A stretch of DNA of 64,000 nucleotides. It comes from Centroscyllium fabricii (Eukaryota). Positions 11,044 to 24,225 of the stretch are shown one piece after another. Under the pieces are notes generated by a model. It saw only the letters and a program-made list of their open reading frames with translations. It did no database searches and was not told the DNA's origin. How positions within the stretch are numbered: position 1 is the stretch's first letter; every line of letters starts with the position of its first letter. Both the position numbers and the translations under genes were made by a program. Where the stretch lies: positions 143,530,001-143,594,000 of the forward strand of contig JBNRSN020000012.1 of the NCBI GenBank assembly GCA_051313645.2, written 5' to 3'.

Positions 11044-11192
11044 ATAGAAACATAGAAGATAGGAGCAGGAGTAGGCCATTTGGCCCCTCGAGCCTGCTCT
11101 GCCATTCAATGCGATCATGGCTGATCATTCAAATTCAGTACCCTGTCCCTGCCTTCTCCTGTATCCCTTGATCCCTTTAGCCTTAAGAAATA
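11044..11192 (-). mobile_element. CR1 3' tail (type A)
   Basis: CATAGAAACATAGAAGATAGGAGCAGGAGTAGGCC..; same as 38620-38770, 44281-44435 and 22607-22700. Confidence 0.85.
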
Positions 11193-13039
11193 TTTCAAGT
11201 CTCCAGCAGTGGTCAGTGGTGGGGGCGGCTGGGTAAAGGCTGGATCACAACAAAACAAGATTCCGTTTACACTGCACAAAGGATTGCAAGATCTTGTTTA
11301 GAACAGTACTTTGGAGAAATAAAAAAATTACAAAGTAAATTTCCTTCCTAATTAATTCGCCACTTCTTGACCGATCACCAGCAAAGGGTAAATAAATCAG
11401 TCATAACATCGCTCTGGTGAGACCTGCACGCCCTTATGTTGATGACTATTTGTACCAGTTTCCACAGCAACGCCACTGCCTGCACATGACCCTTCAAGCT
11501 GAGTTTAGATTTCTCAACACGGTTTAAAATGACCTTCACTTAAAAACACACACATACATGAAAAATGGTTTTATAAATGATGACAGCTTGGTCGTGAAGA
11601 TATGGGTTTATATTTCACAGCCAAACGTGGTATAAACCCCCTGAACTGGTGGTGCATTCCAATTGTGCTCTCATGAGTGTGAAAGACTCTAATGGCCTAC
11701 TTATGTTTGTGGTATTCAGCAGCGACAGGCACAGAACACTCAAGAAAGGCAACTGCACTCTGTGGGATTTGTTTTTAGCGCCCTCCTTAAACTTTTCATG
11801 TCTCTCCTGAAATACCTTCGTCCTCACATTGCAGGTCTTGTTGAAACAGACACACATTTTGAAGCAATTTTCTTCTCGTTATCGTACCACAAAGTCCGAT
11901 TATTTGGCTGTGACTTGAATCTCTCACCAAATGTAATGTAAAGCTCAGAGTTTTTCTGCTAGCTGATGTTATTTTCAACTATAATGCAGAATCCATTAAA
12001 CTCTTCGCTACTGGAGGTTACATTTACTTGAGGGAGGACTGTGGAAAACAACATTGCAGCAGATGATTTCATTTGTAGCCCATCCGTCAACACAAATCTG
12101 TGCTTGGGTTGAAAGGAACTGGCCAAGAAATGAGGAAGGGCATATAAAGTGCAGAGCAGATCTATAACCACAGCATGCAGGGTCCCTCCCACTCTTCATG
12201 TCTTGGTTTAGTGAGGAAAGCCAAGGTTATTTCTGGAAAGGTTTCCTGAGGAGACAGTTGACTTGAACACTCCAGCAGTAGCCTGTGAACACCTTTAATT
12301 AAAGTGCCAATAGGAATACCATTACAGCTTTCCAAGTGAATTTTCACCTTCATTATTATAGACCCTGAAGGAAGATGTGTTTTTTTTTTTAAGAGGAAAA
12401 TAATCTATCACATCCAATATTTTAAGACCAGAGTTTGACCTGTTAAAAGAGCTTACTGCTTCACCAAAAGTCTCCTTCACACATTAATGTAACTATGGTC
12501 TCATCAAGTCACTCTCGAAGTGCCACATTCTCACACACATTTAATAAATATGATAAATCACCTCCTGCTTTGGAAATATACAATTCCCCTCCAATATCTA
12601 TTTTTAATTTCAAACAAATCATCGTCACGCACAATAAAAAAACTACAAGCAAGCATCTGCAACTGATAAATGGGGCATCTACAGATTGTGAACCAACAGA
12701 ACAGCGGTGTAGAGGGTGCATATTCCAAGTTCCAGTAGGTGTGTAGATTTGAGGTAATTGCCACAACGCCACGTTATTCAGAAGTTATGTGGCAACCTAT
12801 AGCATAAATTGAAAGATTTCTGAAGCTCTCAGTACAAATCTGTTCTACTGCTGTAGGGGAATGATGTCGAGATTGTCTGACCAGAGCCATTGGTTTATGG
12901 AGACTTCATTACTTGGGATTGGGGAATTTTGCAGGTGTGTTAAAAAAAAGTGTTTCTTCGATTTCTCTATTTTTCCATGCACACTTCGAATCAGCTGCAT
13001 GCCTCAAGCTGGCCTCGCCTCCAAGGCATCTAACTTTTA

Positions 13040-13330
13040 CTTTGTGCTCATCGAGGCCAGTGAGGTTAGTGCTGAGGAATGGAATGCTTTCTTATTTTGA
13101 GTGCTCAATGTCAGCATCAAGCATTCCCAGGTCAGGAAGAGTATATTAAGTTACAACCCCCTCTTGACTCTGCTCAATAATGAGCCTCAGCCAAACCTCA
13201 GAACAGCATCCCCTAATGTATCAGTGTGACAGTTTCAATTTCCCACATCAGCCATTCTGTGGCTTCTCAGATTGAATTTACCATTTCGGTGCAAAAATTA
13301 GTGCTGAATTAAGGGCTGAGGGTATATCCA
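13040..13330 (-). mobile_element. Degraded LF-SINE-like repeat
   Basis: Minus strand CAGCACTAATT..GAGAAGCCA..GGGAAATTGAAACT..GGCTGAGGCTCATT..GATGAGCACA resembles the LF-SINE 3' half as recalled. Confidence 0.4.
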
Positions 13331-13750
13331 GAAACGGGACTATGACTGTCTAAATGCATTTCACGTTCAACTCTTACAGTCACATAACATGCAACCTAGA
13401 AATCTAGCAAAATCTGATAGGCAGCTTTTAAAGAAAGCAGTCAATAAAATAGCAGCACTGAATATAGTAGGCCCATGGAGAGACATTGAGTGCGCAGTGG
13501 GACACAGGCTTGTCATAAATTAAGCTGTGGGTATACCATCATTTGATGCGGTGGAAGATCATGACAATAATTATGGGGATTTTTCCTAATATCTTGTGGG
13601 AAAATTGTGGGCAACACATGTATTGGTACTCACGGTGACTACATTTGACTGTCAAACTGTTTTAGAATTTAAACAGTTCCCACAGTGACATCGGAGAACT
13701 CTTCCCTCCGTCCCCCTGAAGTTCATGGAGTCACTCTTCTTCCAATCTCT

Positions 13751-15052
13751 CTAGTTCACCCTGACATTCTTCGCCACCCATCAGTTCACCCTGGCATTCT
13801 CCACTTCCCATCAGTTCACCCTGGCATTCTTCACCACCCATCAGTTCACCCTGATATTCTTCACTTCCCATCAGTTCACCCTGGCATTCTTCGCCACCCA
13901 TCAGTTCACCCTGGCATTCTTCACCACCCATCAGTTCACCCTGGCATTCTTCACCACTCATCAGTTCACCCTGACATTCTTCACCACCCATCAGCTCACC
14001 CGGGCACTCTTCACCACCGATCAGTTCACCCTGGCACACTTCACCACCCATCAGTTCACCGTGGCACACTTCACCACCCATCAGTTCACCCTGGCATTCT
14101 TCACTTCCATCAGTTCACCCTGACATTCTTCACCACCCATCAGTTCACCCTGGCACTCTTCACCACCCATCAGTTCACCCTGGCACTCTTCTCCACCTAT
14201 CAGATCACCCTGCCACTCTTCACCACCGATCAGTTCAACCTAGCACACTTCACCACCCATCAGTTCACCCTGGCACTCTTCACCACCGATCAGTTCACCC
14301 TGGCACTCTTCACCACCGATCAGTTCACCCTGGCACTCTTCACCACCGATCAGTTCACCCTGGCACTCTTCTCCACCTATCAGATCGCCCTGGCACTCTT
14401 CACCACCCATCAGTACACCCTGGCACTCTTCACCACCCCATACACCCTGGCACTCTTCACCACCCATCAGTTCACCCTGGCACATTTCACCAGCCCCATC
14501 TGTTCACCCTGGCATTCTTCACTTCCCATCAGTTCACCCTGGCACTCTTCACCCCCCATCTGTTCACCCTGGCACTCTTTACCCCCCATCTGTTCACCCT
14601 GGCACATTTCACCACCCATCAGTTCACGCTGCCACTCTTCACCCCCATCTGTTCACCCTGGCACATTTCACCACCCATCAGTTCACCCTGCCACTCTTCA
14701 CCCCCCATCTGTTCACCCTGGCACATTTCACCACCCATCAGTTCACCCTGCCACTCTTCACCCCCCATCAGTTCACCCTGGCACTCTTCACCTCCCTCCA
14801 GAGCACCCTGGCACTCTTCACCACCCTGTACACCCTGGCACTCATCACCACTTATCTGTTCACCCTGGCACTCTTCACCACCCATCAGCTCACCCTGGCA
14901 CTCATCAACACCCATCAGTTCATCCTGGCACTCTTCACCACCCATTAGTTCACTCTGGCACTCTTCACCACTTATCTGTTCACCCTGGCGCTCTTCACCC
15001 CCCATCAGCTCACCCTGGCACTCTTCACCCATCAGTTCACCCTGGCACTCTT
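13751..15052. repeat. 30-bp minisatellite (consensus TCAGTTCACCCTGGCACTCTTCACCACCCA), roughly 43 units
   Basis: Direct tandem periodicity; explains the 10-aa repeats in ORF 13685-15064. Confidence 0.97.
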
Positions 15053-16603
15053 GAAGAGTTTTAATCCCCCGGAGCAGTATCTTTAGGTTAGAGTGAAGGG
15101 GGGAGCGGGGAGTGCCACTGATTTTTATCCACAATTGCAGTCAAGTGATACTAAGTTCATAAAGTGGGCTGTCTGCATGAATAGCTGATGGTTGGCATAT
15201 ATGCAGCCATTTTACTTAAAACCCCTCAATACAGTCTGGATTTGAAACCAGGTCTGATTGGTCAAAGACCAATGTCAAACTCACAAACCACCTAATTGAC
15301 TTGCCTCTAAGGTATTTAGAGATTCTCTGTGCGACATCCCCTGAAGGGAAACTGCCACAATATTCTCTCTAAAAGATTAATTCCAGATTTACTCTTTCAT
15401 GTAGTTCATAAAGCAGCCAGAGGATTACAAAATGCCACCATATCCATTGCAGGGGGTTAATCAAATTTATTTCATGTACAGCAACAGGTAGCATTCAATC
15501 AAATTACTTAATATCCTATTTGCAGGTCACATTTCATCAAACATAAAACAGAGTCATCATTTATTAGATAGGCAGATTAGGATGTGTGGGAAGTTGTACA
15601 GTATGTCAAATTGCATCAAAGCTCACTCTAATGCAGTGTATGTTTAAAAGCTAGTATAAGGTTTCAGCTTAGAGAAAATGTCAGCATCTATGACACAGCA
15701 TAGAACAAAATTCATTCATATAGCGGTAATAGGATATTACAGACAGACCTTTCTGCAATCGGCAATAAAAATTCTAAGCCACCGATTTGAATGAAAATGA
15801 AAAAAAAGTTAAATAATGTAAAAATCCAGTTTAACTAAAAATCCTTTGATCCACATTATCCGCATCTTTGAGATCTATCCACCGCATATCCAGTGGATTT
15901 AGACACTACTTATCTCCACCATCTGATCTCATTGAAACCAACCTCCTTTATGAGTCTGTCAAGCAATCCGTAAATGGCTTTTGTCCACATCTACATTAAA
16001 GCCTGCAGTCCATCATAAACACAGGCACTGTGCAAAAAATTTAAAAAAACAGGTTGCAAAGAACAGTGGGTGGTGGAGAAAATTAGGCTGCGATTTGTTT
16101 GGCTTAGAAAGGCGGTTTGTGTGGAATTTCAAACCATCTTCGGTGAGCTTTCAAAGTGACAAAAATAAGGTGGGATGATTTAAAGGTGAAGCCTTTTGGC
16201 AACTTGTGTGTGTTGGGCCAGGTGCTCAATTGTGATGACTCAGCTTGCAGCTCTGCATCACAAAGATATTGGCTGCATCTCCTGCACACATCTCCACGAG
16301 GAAAATGATCTGCAGCCGTTTCCCCCGCCGATCAAAAAGACAGTCTCTTGTCGTTACCCTATTCTACATTACATCTGTTGTCTCTAACTCCATTCAACCA
16401 TGCCAACAGAGAATCCTTTCAGTAACTAAATGGTTAAAATGCTCTGAAATTTAAAGAAAACAAATAATGGAAATGCACAACAAATTTGTTGCAGAAAATT
16501 AGGGGGTATTACATGATTTATCACCAATATAGGCATCTCATTATGTAATTATGTTGTCAAGTAGTCTAGCCTGCACTAAACACTCCAATACCTAACCCTT
16601 AAA

Positions 16604-17292
16604 AGCCCAGCTTTCACTGGAGGCTACGAATTGCCGAATCGTCCCGAATCTGAAATTTGTCCGTTTCGTAGATAATTCTTGCAATTCGTAAACGATTCGT
16701 AGTTAATTCGTAGTTGATTCGTAGTTGATTCGTAGACATTCGTACAGTTCGCGTGATTTCGTTAATTTGGCACGAAAGTTTTTGCTTGTCAAAATCTTTC
16801 GTGGGAGGGTTAACGAATGTCCAATTCGTGAATGATTCGTAAACACTTCGTGAACCTTTCTTATCGTTCGTAACCCTTTCTTATCGTTCGTAACCGATTC
16901 GTAATCGCTTCTTCTGCATTCTGGCCTATTCTTGGGCATTCGTGACTCCCTCAAATTCGTGGACCCACGCCGAATACATCACGAAACAGGCACGAATGTC
17001 CACGAATCAAGTACGAATCAAGTACGAATCGGTCGTAGTGGATTCGTACAGTAATTCGGCACATTCGTAAGTGAGTCGTACCTTATTCGTTAAATTCTTA
17101 CCTGATTCTTTGAATTCGTACTTGTTTCTTAAACCATTCTTGACATTCGGCACGAATAATTCGTAGTCAATTCGTACCAGATTCGTAGCTCCTCCCGAAT
17201 CCACCACGAATTTTCACATTTTTTGCCGAATCGCCACGAATTTCGATTCGGGACGATTCGGGATATTCGTAGCCCTCAGTGAAAGCGAGGCA
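16604..17292. mobile_element. MITE (Harbinger-like) with TTCGT/ACGAA motif array
   Basis: TIR of about 45 bp: AGCCCAGCTTTCACTGGAGGCTACGAAT..CCGAATCGTCCCGAATC versus its inverse at ~17245-17292; TTA on the right flank. Confidence 0.8.
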
Positions 17293-17845
17293 TTAGGAAG
17301 CATCTATTGCTTCAGTGAGTTCTAGAACTGCAGACTGCAACCATTTTCCCGTGCTTCCATTTGCTGTTAAAATTTCCTTCAAACTCTTGGAAAATATTGG
17401 ATGCCTGGGTGTGGTTACAGGTCAACGATCTAACTGATGGATTCAATGATAGAATAAACCATGCAAACACATGGCCCACGAGCCAATGTACCAATTGGAG
17501 TGTGACTGAGTCACACAGACCAGGAGGCCGCCACGCTTGATCCCTGGTGTGTGTTGAATAAGGCAGTTTCAGCAAGGGTGCCAGTGGGTGCAATACTACC
17601 AGCCCGTTGGAAATTGCATGAGAATTGATGCCATGCAAGGACAGAATCATGCTTACCTGTGATCACCTCCCCGCCAACCCATGGTTGAATAGCATGGGAG
17701 CACTTGGAGCCTGTCCACTTGAACAAGGGCTGTTGGAACCCACAGAATTTACCTCAGCAAGTGTCACTTAATGAGAGAAGGGGAAAAATTTAGAGAGAGG
17801 GTAGTAGTGGTTATAACCGGCATACACTCTCAAGTTAGCTCTCTA

Positions 17846-18293
17846 GCTGGTGGCTCATTGGCAACACTCTCACCTCGGAGTCAGAAGGTTGTGGATTCAA
17901 GTCTCACTCAAGAGACTTGAGCATATAATCCATAAGCCAGTGCAGTGCTGAGGGAGTGTGGCACTGTCGTAGGTGTTGTCTTTCGGATGAGACGTTAAAC
18001 TGAATCAACGTCTTCCGTCTCGGGTGGACGTAAAAGGTCCCATTGCACTATTTCAAAGAAGGGCAAGGGAGTTCACCCCAGTGTCCTGCCCAATATTTAT
18101 CCTTCACCTAACATCACTGAAACAGATTATTATCGCATTGCTGTTTGTGGGAGCTTGCGGTGCGCAAGTTGGCTGCCGCGTTTCCTACATTACAACAGTG
18201 ACTACACTTCAAAAGGTGCTAAATTGGCTGTAAAGCACTGTGGGACGTTCCGGGGCTGTGAAAGACACGATATAAAACCAAGTCTTTCTTTCT
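17846..18293 (+). mobile_element. tRNA-derived Deu-type SINE (SacSINE1-like), near full length
   Basis: tRNA-like head, Deu-like core (GATGAGACGTTAAAC..GGTGGACGTAAAAGGTCCCATTGCACTATT..GTGTCCTG..GCTGTTTGTGGGAGCTTG), L2-like tail. Confidence 0.8.
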
Positions 18294-18694
18294 TTAGTGC
18301 ATCTTCTTTTGTATTTCTTTGGAGAGTGGGGAAGGAATTATAAGAATTACTGTTGTCAGTTTTTCTGCTGATAATGCCAATCAATGCAGAAAGCGCCAAT
18401 GTGCTCCACATCTTTGATTCAGGAGGACATTAACACAACATGGATAACCAGGCTTCTTGAGAAGGAACCTGCTGTCGATTGGCAGGATACAGATTCTGAG
18501 CCTTTCACCCATATTTGAATGAAACTGTGTTTACTGCAGGACAAACCTAATCCCATGACTTGCTACCAGGAACCTGGGTTAAATACTTTTGAAAACCAAA
18601 ATAAGTTTTAGCTTGTTTGCAGCCTCACAGCAGATAAACCATCGCACTTGATCAAGACTGTGTCAACCAGATTCAATCAGTGATGCAAATCATG

Positions 18695-18920
18695 AATCTT
18701 TGGAATTCTCCTGCCCCAGAGAGCTGTGGAGGCTGAGTCATTGAATATGTTCAAGGCGGAGATAGACAGATTTTTTAAAAACAGGGGAGTCAACAGTTAT
18801 GGGGAGCGGGCAGGGAAGTTGGAGTTGAGGCCAAGAGCAGATCAGCCATGGTCTTATTGAATGGCAGAGCAGGCTCGAGGGGCCGAATGACCTACTCCTG
18901 CTCCTATTTGTTATGTTTTT
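18695..18920 (+). mobile_element. CR1 3' end (type A tail)
   Basis: GAATCTTTGGAATTCTC..GCTGTGGAGGCTGAGTCATTG..ATCAGCCATG..CTACTCCTGCTCCT. Confidence 0.85.
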
Positions 18921-20305
18921 ATACAAGTCAGTGAAAGGTGTATAAACACTGCATAGCTTCACGCTGAGAGATTCCCCAACTATCTGATTTATTCCCACCC
19001 ATCCATACCATTGGCTGTAATCCAGGTCTGATCTCACATGCCGGCTGAGACAGCCAACTCGAAGAGACGATTTAATGGGGAAATGTATCGAAAGCTTTAT
19101 TTGAGCAAAGAGAAGAACCAGAAGAGTTGTACTGCCTGTTAATTGACCGAGTGATGTGGTTTGACACAACTTCCATTGATGTACCTGCGCCAGGTACTGA
19201 TAAACAGATGGAAACAAAATTACCCAAATACCTTTCGATAATGATAGGGCCATTTAAAATAATTCATAGTCCTTTAATCACATTCTATCCCAGAGCCAGT
19301 AATGGGTCAACTATTTTCACTCAATTGTCTGCGCTCCTTCAACCCATGCTGATTGTTGATCTAGATTTGGTAGAGTGGCCTCTGGATAAAGCGCGGAATG
19401 AATGCAACAAATATGATATCGCCTGTATATCGGGCACAGATAAGAAGAATATCTTGCTTGCCGATCACAAAGTCGTGTAGATAATAGCAGGTTTCGGGGA
19501 AGGAAGGAGGAGAAAGAGCAAGGAGAGGGAAATCAAGGTGAGAGTGCAAGTCCCAGCCTTCATTTTGCAACACTATTTTTGAACAGTTTCCAAGAGGAGA
19601 TTGTCAAAGACAACATGATTGTTGAAAACTGAATTTTTATCAAACCTGTCAATATTGCAATAGTGTGGACTGGAATGCCAATAGACATCTAATAACATGA
19701 GCTAGGTATATCTATAAGCAGAGATCTTTGTGGTGTGGACTAGCACCACAGTGCTAATATTGTACCAAATTTCTACTATTAAAACAGAAAGATAAGCATT
19801 TATTCTGTAGTATATTACAAGCAAGCTAACTTTTCTGATTCCCTCACTGTGGCTGCCATTTTTGGACACAGCAGGTAGAGTACAGATGAGGGTTTGCTCC
19901 CACTTGTAGGTTGACCCTATTTTCCATATAGCAGGTAGATCTATACTCAAAAACAAAATAATCTCAGGAGGGTGGGTAGCGTATTGAATCCTTTGTGATC
20001 TGTGCTTAGATCCATGTCAAATACACATTGAAACAGCAGTCATAAATTTGATCATTAGTTTTTGTACATTCTTCTTCAATTACCTCCCCCTCCCAACTTT
20101 TCTTTCTGGCTCTCTTTCAGATAGTCACCACAGGACCACAAAGGCTTCAAACATTCTATTTAGAACGATTTTCCCAAAACTAACAACCCTTCATTGCATT
20201 TTTAAATCTGGAACTAATGGATCTCGCGTGGCATTTCTCATGTCTAGACAGGCACTACACGCTCTCTTTCTCTTACCAGGGTTTCCCGTCTATATGTCAC
20301 AGGAA

Positions 20306-20698
20306 GGGTGGCACGGTGGCGCAGTGGTTAGCACTGTTGTCTCACAGCACTGGAGACCCGGGTTCAAATCCAGCCTCGGGTACTATCTGTGTGGAGTTTG
20401 CACATTCTCCCCGTGTCTGCGTGGGTTTCCTCCGGGTGCTCCGGTTTCCTCCCACAGTCCAAAGATGTGCGGCTTAGGTTGATTGGCCAGGATAAACTGA
20501 CCCTTAGTGTTAGGGGGATTGAATATGTGGGGTTACGGGGATAGGGTGGGATATGTGTCGGTGCAGGCTCGATAGGGATATGGGGAGAGGGCAGGGACAG
20601 GGTACTGGGTTTGGATGATCAGCCATGATCTCATTGAATGGCGGAGCGGGCCGAAGGGCCGACTCCTGCTTCTAGTTTCTATGTTTCTATGTTTCTAT
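20306..20698 (+). mobile_element. HE1 SINE, tail type A
   Basis: Near-identical to 5916-6302. Confidence 0.9.
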
Positions 20699-22606
20699 AC
20701 GGCAGTGTACTCCTTCCCTTATGTCGCTTCCTCTTGTATCCTACTTCATTTCTTTGATTTTCTGTGCTGTTCTGCTTCTCTCTCATCTTCAATTACGTTT
20801 TTGTCTGTCGCATCTGCTTTCCCCTCTCTCTTCCCTGTCACGCTTCTCTCCTCTTGTTTTTGCTTCTTCTTCTGCACTTTTGGTTGGGAGTGGCAGGTCA
20901 TGCGTGAGGGGAGGGATTGGAACAAGGCCACGGAGGTGGCAGCTCATGGCTGGGGAAAGATATCCAACAAGGTTCTCAGGCCAGCTTTCAGGTGAGATAG
21001 GGGGAGGGATCCAGCCAAAATTGGGGAGTGGGAGGGGGGATCAGATCAGGACCAAATTCTATAGTCAGCCAGATGGTGCTGTGGCGCATGGCACCCCAAC
21101 ACGACTTTTCCTAGAGATAGAGTTGGGACATCGAGGGCATGACAGAAATGTGTGATGTGACAGGGCTAACTGTTATCAGAAGTTTGTTCTATACACAAGA
21201 CCTTGATATTATAGTTAAAAATCTTGGCCCTGCAAAGCTCAACCCATGTTTATTTCCAACAGATGGCCACATTCTGCTACAGCCGAGATATTGAAGCTGC
21301 TCCTGGTTTCAATCTCTAACATGGCTGCTGAACTGGAGATGTTGACTTGCAGTTCCAATTTCCAATCTTCCCATGGCCTACTTCACCATGGATGGCTCAC
21401 ATACCATACAAAAGGACTCTGTATGGCTCCTCTGCTTTACAGCATCAAGATTGACAAGATAGGTGACGGCAGACACCACACTCGAGTGCGAGGGAACTGA
21501 GAAATTTGCTGCCCAGATTGCAGAGTCAAACCAGCATGAAAACCCCTGTTGGTATGGAGATAATCAGTGCTTGTACATCATAACTCAACAAGCTTGACAG
21601 AAAATTTACTGTCAACTTAAATCCACAGCTGATGTACCTCAGATAAAAACAAAGCTCTAAGATGAGGCTGGTTAACTATTTAACTCTGAATGGAGTTTTT
21701 TCGAAGTGGGGGCGGGATCGGTGGAGGAAAGAGGTGTAAACTGATCCGAAAGTTCCTTTTCGGCCTATTCTTTTCTCTCAATAGATAAACAAACAAGGTT
21801 CATGCCTGACACTAGGGAGCATGTTAGCCCCTCCAAAACACACATCTGCTGAGTTGTGCACGGATTGAGTAAAGACAGATTACACATCTTGACAGCTCAT
21901 TGCTGGCCCTGGCTGCACTGAACGGCCACAGTGCAAACTTCACAGCAGCAGAGGACTACAGCTCTCGCCCGCTCGCTAGGACTTGTTGCCCGGTGAAGCT
22001 GAGCTTGGGGTCTACCAATCTTGGGGACGCCAATGCAAAAACAAAGAAGCCCTCGGCCTCTGGGCACAGACTCCTGATTGCCCTTGCACACTGACTGCTG
22101 TCTATTTAGCTGGCACATTAATGCGCAACGTAGGCTCCTGGGTGTGGACCGTCAGTTAGAATTTGGGTTACAATTGCTGGCTAGATGTGTGATATCTGAA
22201 TCAGTTTTTCCCTCCACGCCACCTCGAGCTTCATGCCAAATCAGATCTTGGAGCACAGACATTAGGGGTGTCAGCTGTTGGGAGCGTCATTCTATAGTAC
22301 GGACGAAATACTGAAAGCACTGAGGCAGCCAGATTAACTTGCACGGTAACATAAACAAGACACTGAGAACCCCCCTCATAAGGTTCCAAGGAGTACCTCA
22401 GTATTACAGGGCAAGCCCACCTTGTGTCGGGGTGGAGTGGTCTCACTGCCTCGCTTATGTTAGTGATGCTTCCACAACACAAGTACCTTTAACACTCAGC
22501 AATCCCATCAGAACAGATGGCCCTGGGCCATTCAGGTTGGTAGATTGGCGCAATATGCAGCACGGACAAGGCCATTCAAAACCTGCTCTATTTTGCAGGC
22601 CCCTCA

Positions 22607-22700
22607 CATAGAAACATAACACAGAAGACAGGAGCAGGAAGGAGTAAGCCATTCAGCCCCTTGAGCTCGCTCCGCCATTTAATGAGATCATGGCTCACAT
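22607..22700 (-). mobile_element. CR1/HE1 type A tail fragment
   Basis: CATAGAAACATA..GGAGCAGG..GCTCCGCCATTTAATGAGATCATGGCT. Confidence 0.7.
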
Positions 22701-23534
22701 GATCACATTAATGAATCACATTCTATTTCTACCGGCTGGCGAAAGGAAGAAAACTAAAACTGAACCCGTGGAGCTGCTGTTCCCCTAGCAAGTATGCACG
22801 CACTGCTGAGAGCACAGCCGAGCAGGAAGGGTTGCCATTTGGTTAATTGCTGAAGCAATCTCAATACTCAAATAATCGTTTTATTAATTGGGTTTCAGCA
22901 CACTCTCGCTCCACAGTCAGCCAGCTGACACTGTGCTACCTTTGGTGACACGTTGGTTATCTCATCTTGAAACTGGGATGTGCTGAATAATTTGATTACA
23001 AAAGGCCTGTGGAAGAACTGCTGGTGTGTGACAAATTGCTGTTAATCACATTATCGCTCATCCTCTGATAGGACAACCCCCACTGAGCCTCTGTCCTCCT
23101 CCACTGGTTCAATTCACAGCGGGGGCAACATGTTATAATAAGGAGACACTACAAATTCAATTCCCCACCCCCGGACACAGGAGCATATCGAGCTGCATCA
23201 CAAACGAAGAATCTCGGCAGAGTAAGGAGTGTGCAGTGGGCGTGGAATACAGCCAGCTATTCAGTTGGCCACATCTTAAATTGGCCTGCTGAGTTTCTCC
23301 AGCGTTTTCTGTTGTTATTTCTTAAATTGGCCCACTCATTTCAAAATGAATACATTTTGTAAATTATGTTTATATGCAACTATATATAAATTTGAAAAAA
23401 GGCTGAAAAAACAAGTTTGCTTTATTCAATGGCACTGCCAGCTTCCAGTACAGACACCAAGGTTTACAAGACACGTGAAAATCATTGCTCACACATGCTG
23501 AACATGTGGTGGTAAAAGCCATCGAATCCCAGAA

Positions 23535-24040
23535 TCTTAGAGCATAGGAGAGCATTTGGCCATAATGCCTGTGGCAACTCTCTGAAAGAGCCATCTAATT
23601 AGTCCCACGACCCTGCTCTTTCCCCATAGCCCTACAATTGCTTTTCTTTTCAAGTATATATCCAATTCACTTTTGAATGTCAACCAACATTTATCAATCA
23701 ATGGTGAATACTGATTCATTGAGTTCCTTCAAGCGAGAGCTGGACCTGTTTCTGGCTGGGCTGGAGATCACCTTGTACAAGACGTAACATCTGGCAACAT
23801 TGATCAGGGCCAGGGTAGTCTCCTGGACTTGTTTCGATCACCTGAGGAGGCGGGCGAGGAATTTTCCAGAGTTTATCCCCCCCAATTTGGCCTGAGTTTT
23901 AAAATTTGGTCTTTTGTTTCTCCCAAGAGCTTCCAAGGCTGCGGGTGAGGTGGGGTGTGTATATATTGTGATGTACAATACATTACAACTGTATGGGACC
24001 AGTAGGTCTTTTCTGTTTGCCCTTTTCTTATGCTCGTATA
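23535..24040. mobile_element. Adjacent degraded CR1-type 3' fragments (minus 23535-23680; plus ~23715-24040)
   Basis: 23535-23680 matches 49075-49310; the plus part begins TCCTTCAAGCGAGAGCTGGAC (FKRELD). Confidence 0.55.
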
Positions 24041-24047
24041 TATAATT

Positions 24048-24225
24048 GAAATCTGATTATCTGGTCAATTATTCCATTGCTGTTTGTGGATCCCTGCTGT
24101 GTGCAAATTTAGTGTTTACCTACATTAAAACAGCGATGATACACCAATAGTCCTTCACTGACTGTAAAGGGCTTTGGGACATCTTGAGAACGTGAACAGC
24201 ACTATATAAATGCAAGCTCTTTCTT
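24048..24225 (+). mobile_element. Deu-type SINE 3' part
   Basis: TTGCTGTTTGTGG..CTACATT..GCTTTGGGAC..ACTATATAAATGCAAG. Confidence 0.7.

Noticed and set aside
11600-12365. Cluster of minus-strand ORFs after an acceptor-like CTTCCTTCAG
   Set aside because: No recognisable protein, early stop, no clear donor or poly(A) signal
13751-15052. CRISPR-like array
   Set aside because: Head-to-tail repeats with no unique spacers, in eukaryotic DNA
13685-15064. 459-aa His/Pro-rich ORF
   Set aside because: Product of a stop-free 30-bp minisatellite; the repeat peptide changes frame at indels
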